The translations under genes were made by a program, and so were the position numbers. Below are positions 60,783-64,000 of a DNA stretch of 64,000 bases, piece after piece. Every line of letters begins with the position of its first letter. The stretch's first letter is position 1. The DNA is from Eledone cirrhosa (lineage: Eukaryota): the NCBI GenBank assembly GCA_964016885.1, contig OZ024742.1, forward strand, positions 270,692,001-270,756,000, in the 5' to 3' direction. Under the pieces are notes generated by a model. The model searched no databases, was not told the DNA's origin, and saw only the letters and a program-made list of their open reading frames with translations.

Positions 60783-61985
60783 TCTCTCTATATATAAAAC
60801 AGAGGATGTCTGTCTGTATATCTGTGTAAATGCCTAAAACTCCAAAAGTTCTCGACCAATTCTTTTCAAACTTTACACATGCGTTACTTATATTTCTTGA
60901 AGTGCAATGAGCTAAAACAATTTTAGCTTTTGCTGCCCTACGCGGCAAACCGCCTTTTTTAGGCATTTTTAGGCATTTTTTAGGTGTAACTTGAAGATGA
61001 ACCAGGCGAAATATGCAGCACACATAAGTTAGTCCCCGCGCATTGCTTGGAAAAAAAACAATTTCCGATTCCATTAATGGTCTCTTGGAAATTTTCATTA
61101 TCAATATAAACGTTACTTAAACGTCGTAAATAGCGTATAATATTTCCTTAAAAATTTAGTTTATTTAACAGAGGACACAACAGTTACTTAATTTAAGCAG
61201 GACCCTTTTCGGGGTATTGAGCAAAAGAGGAGGACCTTAAAATTGTTGTTGGCGGTCGGTTGACGCTTCGTGCTTTCATCACGCGCAAACCCGGGCCCTG
61301 TGTACGTTGGCGTGTTATTGACACCGTAAAACTCACGTCTGTGCTACTTCTACTAAAACCAGTTTTGTTGCACCTACACCGCAGTATAAACGCCCTGCGC
61401 AAGTACGCCGTACAACGGTTGTGCTAATTCCGCAATTCCGCGGTGACACCCACTTGTAATTGTTGATGGTGACACCAATAATAATTTTGAAAAGCTCGGC
61501 ATCCGATATAAAAGTTCGGGTTATATCAGATTGGGTGGATTTACGAAGTGCTATGGTTTCATGTGGGGAAGGCCGAACATGCTGTGCGGTTACATGACAT
61601 GTCTTACTGAAGCATTGCAGGCTTAACTCTAGACAGTATGCATGCTGGTGCAGTAGACATAACTGATGATGTCTGTCCGGATGATTGGGTGCGAATCTAT
61701 AAAACTCGAAAAGTAACTAACCGATCTTCTGCTAATGGAAGAAAAATCATACTCTAAGATTTATTTCGTTCAAAGAGTATCTAGCTGATTTCTTTCAGAT
61801 TTTGCATATGCATGCAGATGTTTCACGATTCGGTCTGGCTGGTGTTCTACGTCTCCAGTAGATGAACAATCATCCCCTGAGAATGAGGGCATTCAAAAAG
61901 TACACAGCTACATTCCTCCATCTTTGCATATGCGTGTTGCTATTTCACGTTTCCTATCCTGTGCAACGCAAGGTCCTGCTGCTAG
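60783..61985 (+). mobile_element. Non-autonomous Helitron-like element
   Basis: Starts A|TCtctctatatataaaac..tgtctgtctgt and ends cctgtgcaacgcaagg..gCTAG|T (5' TC, subterminal hairpin, 3' CTAG, A|T target). Confidence 0.72.
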
Positions 61986-62179
61986 TATTTATATAAACAT
62001 AAGAACATATTGTAATATTGTTCCCAACATAGTCTCACATAATTGTATGTAGAACGAATTCATTTAATTTACTACACTAATAAATGACGATTTACGATTG
62101 AGATAAATGCAATTTTGTTATATTTAATATTTTCCGAGTCCAAGTCTATTGAAATGGGGATTATCTTAGTTAGAAAGAA

Positions 62180-62250
<71 letters not shown>

Positions 62251-62260
62251 GAGAGACAGA

Positions 62261-62307
<47 letters not shown>

Positions 62308-62977
62308 ACATAGAATGAAGAATCGCTGAAGATTAGGCCAATAATGTTCTTTCTCAATGATTTTTATATAAATATAAAATTTTGCTCATGGTTATTTCAA
62401 ATATTTATTTTACCTTATCCATACATTTCAGCTTTTCACGCTTATTTAGTGATAATATTTCTATTAGGTTCAACGGAAAATTGCATTTCAAGAAGAATTA
62501 TACTTTATTTCGAAATGGAAATGGACTGTACGTAAACGTTATGATGATTGTATGGAAATAAATGCAATACCTAGATGTGACAATTAAACCAGATAAAAAA
62601 GGTTTTAAATTGAATCTAGTTGCTACAAATTTCCATACCGACGAAGCTGGAAAGAGCGAAATACGTATTTTTTTTCTATTTTTTCTTTCTCCCAATCTCT
62701 TCATCTCTCTCCCTCTCCCTCGCTCTTTCTCTCTTTCTCCCACACACACAGATATACACACACACATATATATATAAATATATATCGAAACATCGGTTCG
62801 GGAAACAGTTACAGCTGACGATGGAAACTCCTTTCTTTCTCCTCCTGTTCCGTCATAACCACCATCCTAAACCCTATATATATATAGTAATAATAATAAA
62901 TGTATAGACTAAAATCCAAAGAGGGCACGATAAGGATAAATATATATAAAATATATAAGAACCGTAGAGCAAATATT

Positions 62978-63101
62978 TATTAAAAAAACAGATTAAAGTT
63001 TAAGCAAAGAATCGCTGCTTTCACCCTTAACGAGTTTCAGAAGATCCCGTTAAGGGTGAAAGCTGAGATGCTTTACTTAAACTTTAATCTGTTATTTTAA
63101 T
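62978..63101. repeat. Fold-back with ~55-bp arms of the 11643/25957 family
   Basis: attaaaa..cagattaaagtttaag..gctttcacccttaacg pairs with cgttaagggtgaaagc..cttaaactttaatctg..ttttaat. Confidence 0.85.
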
Positions 63102-63116
63102 GAATATATATATATA

Positions 63117-63264
63117 TATAACTGAACAAAAATGAATATTAAAGGAAAAAACGAACACCGACATATATATAGACATGTGTTCAAATCGTAATGGACTAAA
63201 ATATTAAGATTTGAACACATATATATGTGTCTCTGTTCGTTTTTTCTTTTTTGTTCAGTTATAT
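63117..63264. repeat. Fold-back with ~60-70-bp arms next to (TA)n
   Basis: ataactgaacaaaaa..aaaaaacgaaca..atgtgttcaaatc pairs with gatttgaacacat..tgttcgtttttt..ttttgttcagttat. Confidence 0.8.
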
Positions 63265-63383
63265 AGGGCTCGGAAAAGCATTTTCCTAGAGCCACTTTAC
63301 TGTAATGAGACTATTTTGAGTTTCCAACTCAATACAAGCTTTTGATATATATATATATATATATATATGTACATGTATATATG

Positions 63384-63460
<77 letters not shown>

Positions 63461-63558
63461 ATGTATATATATATGTATATGTATGTGTGTGTGTGTGTGT
63501 GTGTATGTGTGTATGTATGTATATGTATGTATATATATGTGTGTATGTGTGTGTGTGT

Positions 63559-63614
<56 letters not shown>

Positions 63615-63805
63615 GTGTGTATATATATATGTGTGTGTGTATATATATATATATATGTATATGTGTATGGATGTGTGTGTATATATGTGTATGCTTATGT
63701 GTGTGTATATATATATATGTGTGTGTGTGTGTATATATATGTATATGTATATATATATATTGTTATACTTTGGGAGGGTCATGTTGCCAACAAATTCAGA
63801 AACGA

Positions 63806-63838
<33 letters not shown>

Positions 63839-64000
63839 ATGTATATGTCAGGTCACCAGTTGGTGCTACTGGTAACATGTATCCCAGTACAACCTGTCCC
63901 ATGGTCGGGTCGTTGGCGACTAAACTGGCAACCCCACCAAGGTTTCTTGGTGAGGAGGGTGACTTTGGACATCCTGCAGGACTAAAAACAAAACCTGTCA

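Noticed and set aside
63851-64000. HDV-like ribozyme (GGTCACC could pair with GGTGACT)
   Set aside because: There is no P3/L3 UCCUCG-type motif or P1.1 GG in the required order. It is probably a LINE 5' region cut by the window edge.

Overview
Eukaryotic, very AT-rich, repeat-dominated DNA with dense (TA)n, (CA)n and (GA)n arrays. The SINE types and microsatellite density suggest a cephalopod such as Octopus (inference). No host gene can be called with confidence, and most ORFs in the track are microsatellite read-through. The window is dominated by Penelope-like retroelements (PLEs): one uninterrupted but 5'-truncated RT + GIY-YIG ORF (690-2966, Neptune-like) and several decayed Naiad-like, Neptune-like and Poseidon-like copies. 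It also holds relics of CR1-group, Tx1 and RTE LINEs, Helitrons, a Tc1/mariner and tRNA-derived SINEs. Reading by eye I find about 20-25 type I hammerhead ribozyme (HHR) motifs, many with variant cores (U3-A8, C4) or very large helix II inserts (50-185 nt). Many sit in fold-back units embedded in (TA)n. In these units one arm repeatedly stops at an internal TA microhomology while the other carries an extra tail, which suggests twin priming on a self-complementary (TA)n target. All coordinates and alignments were made by eye.
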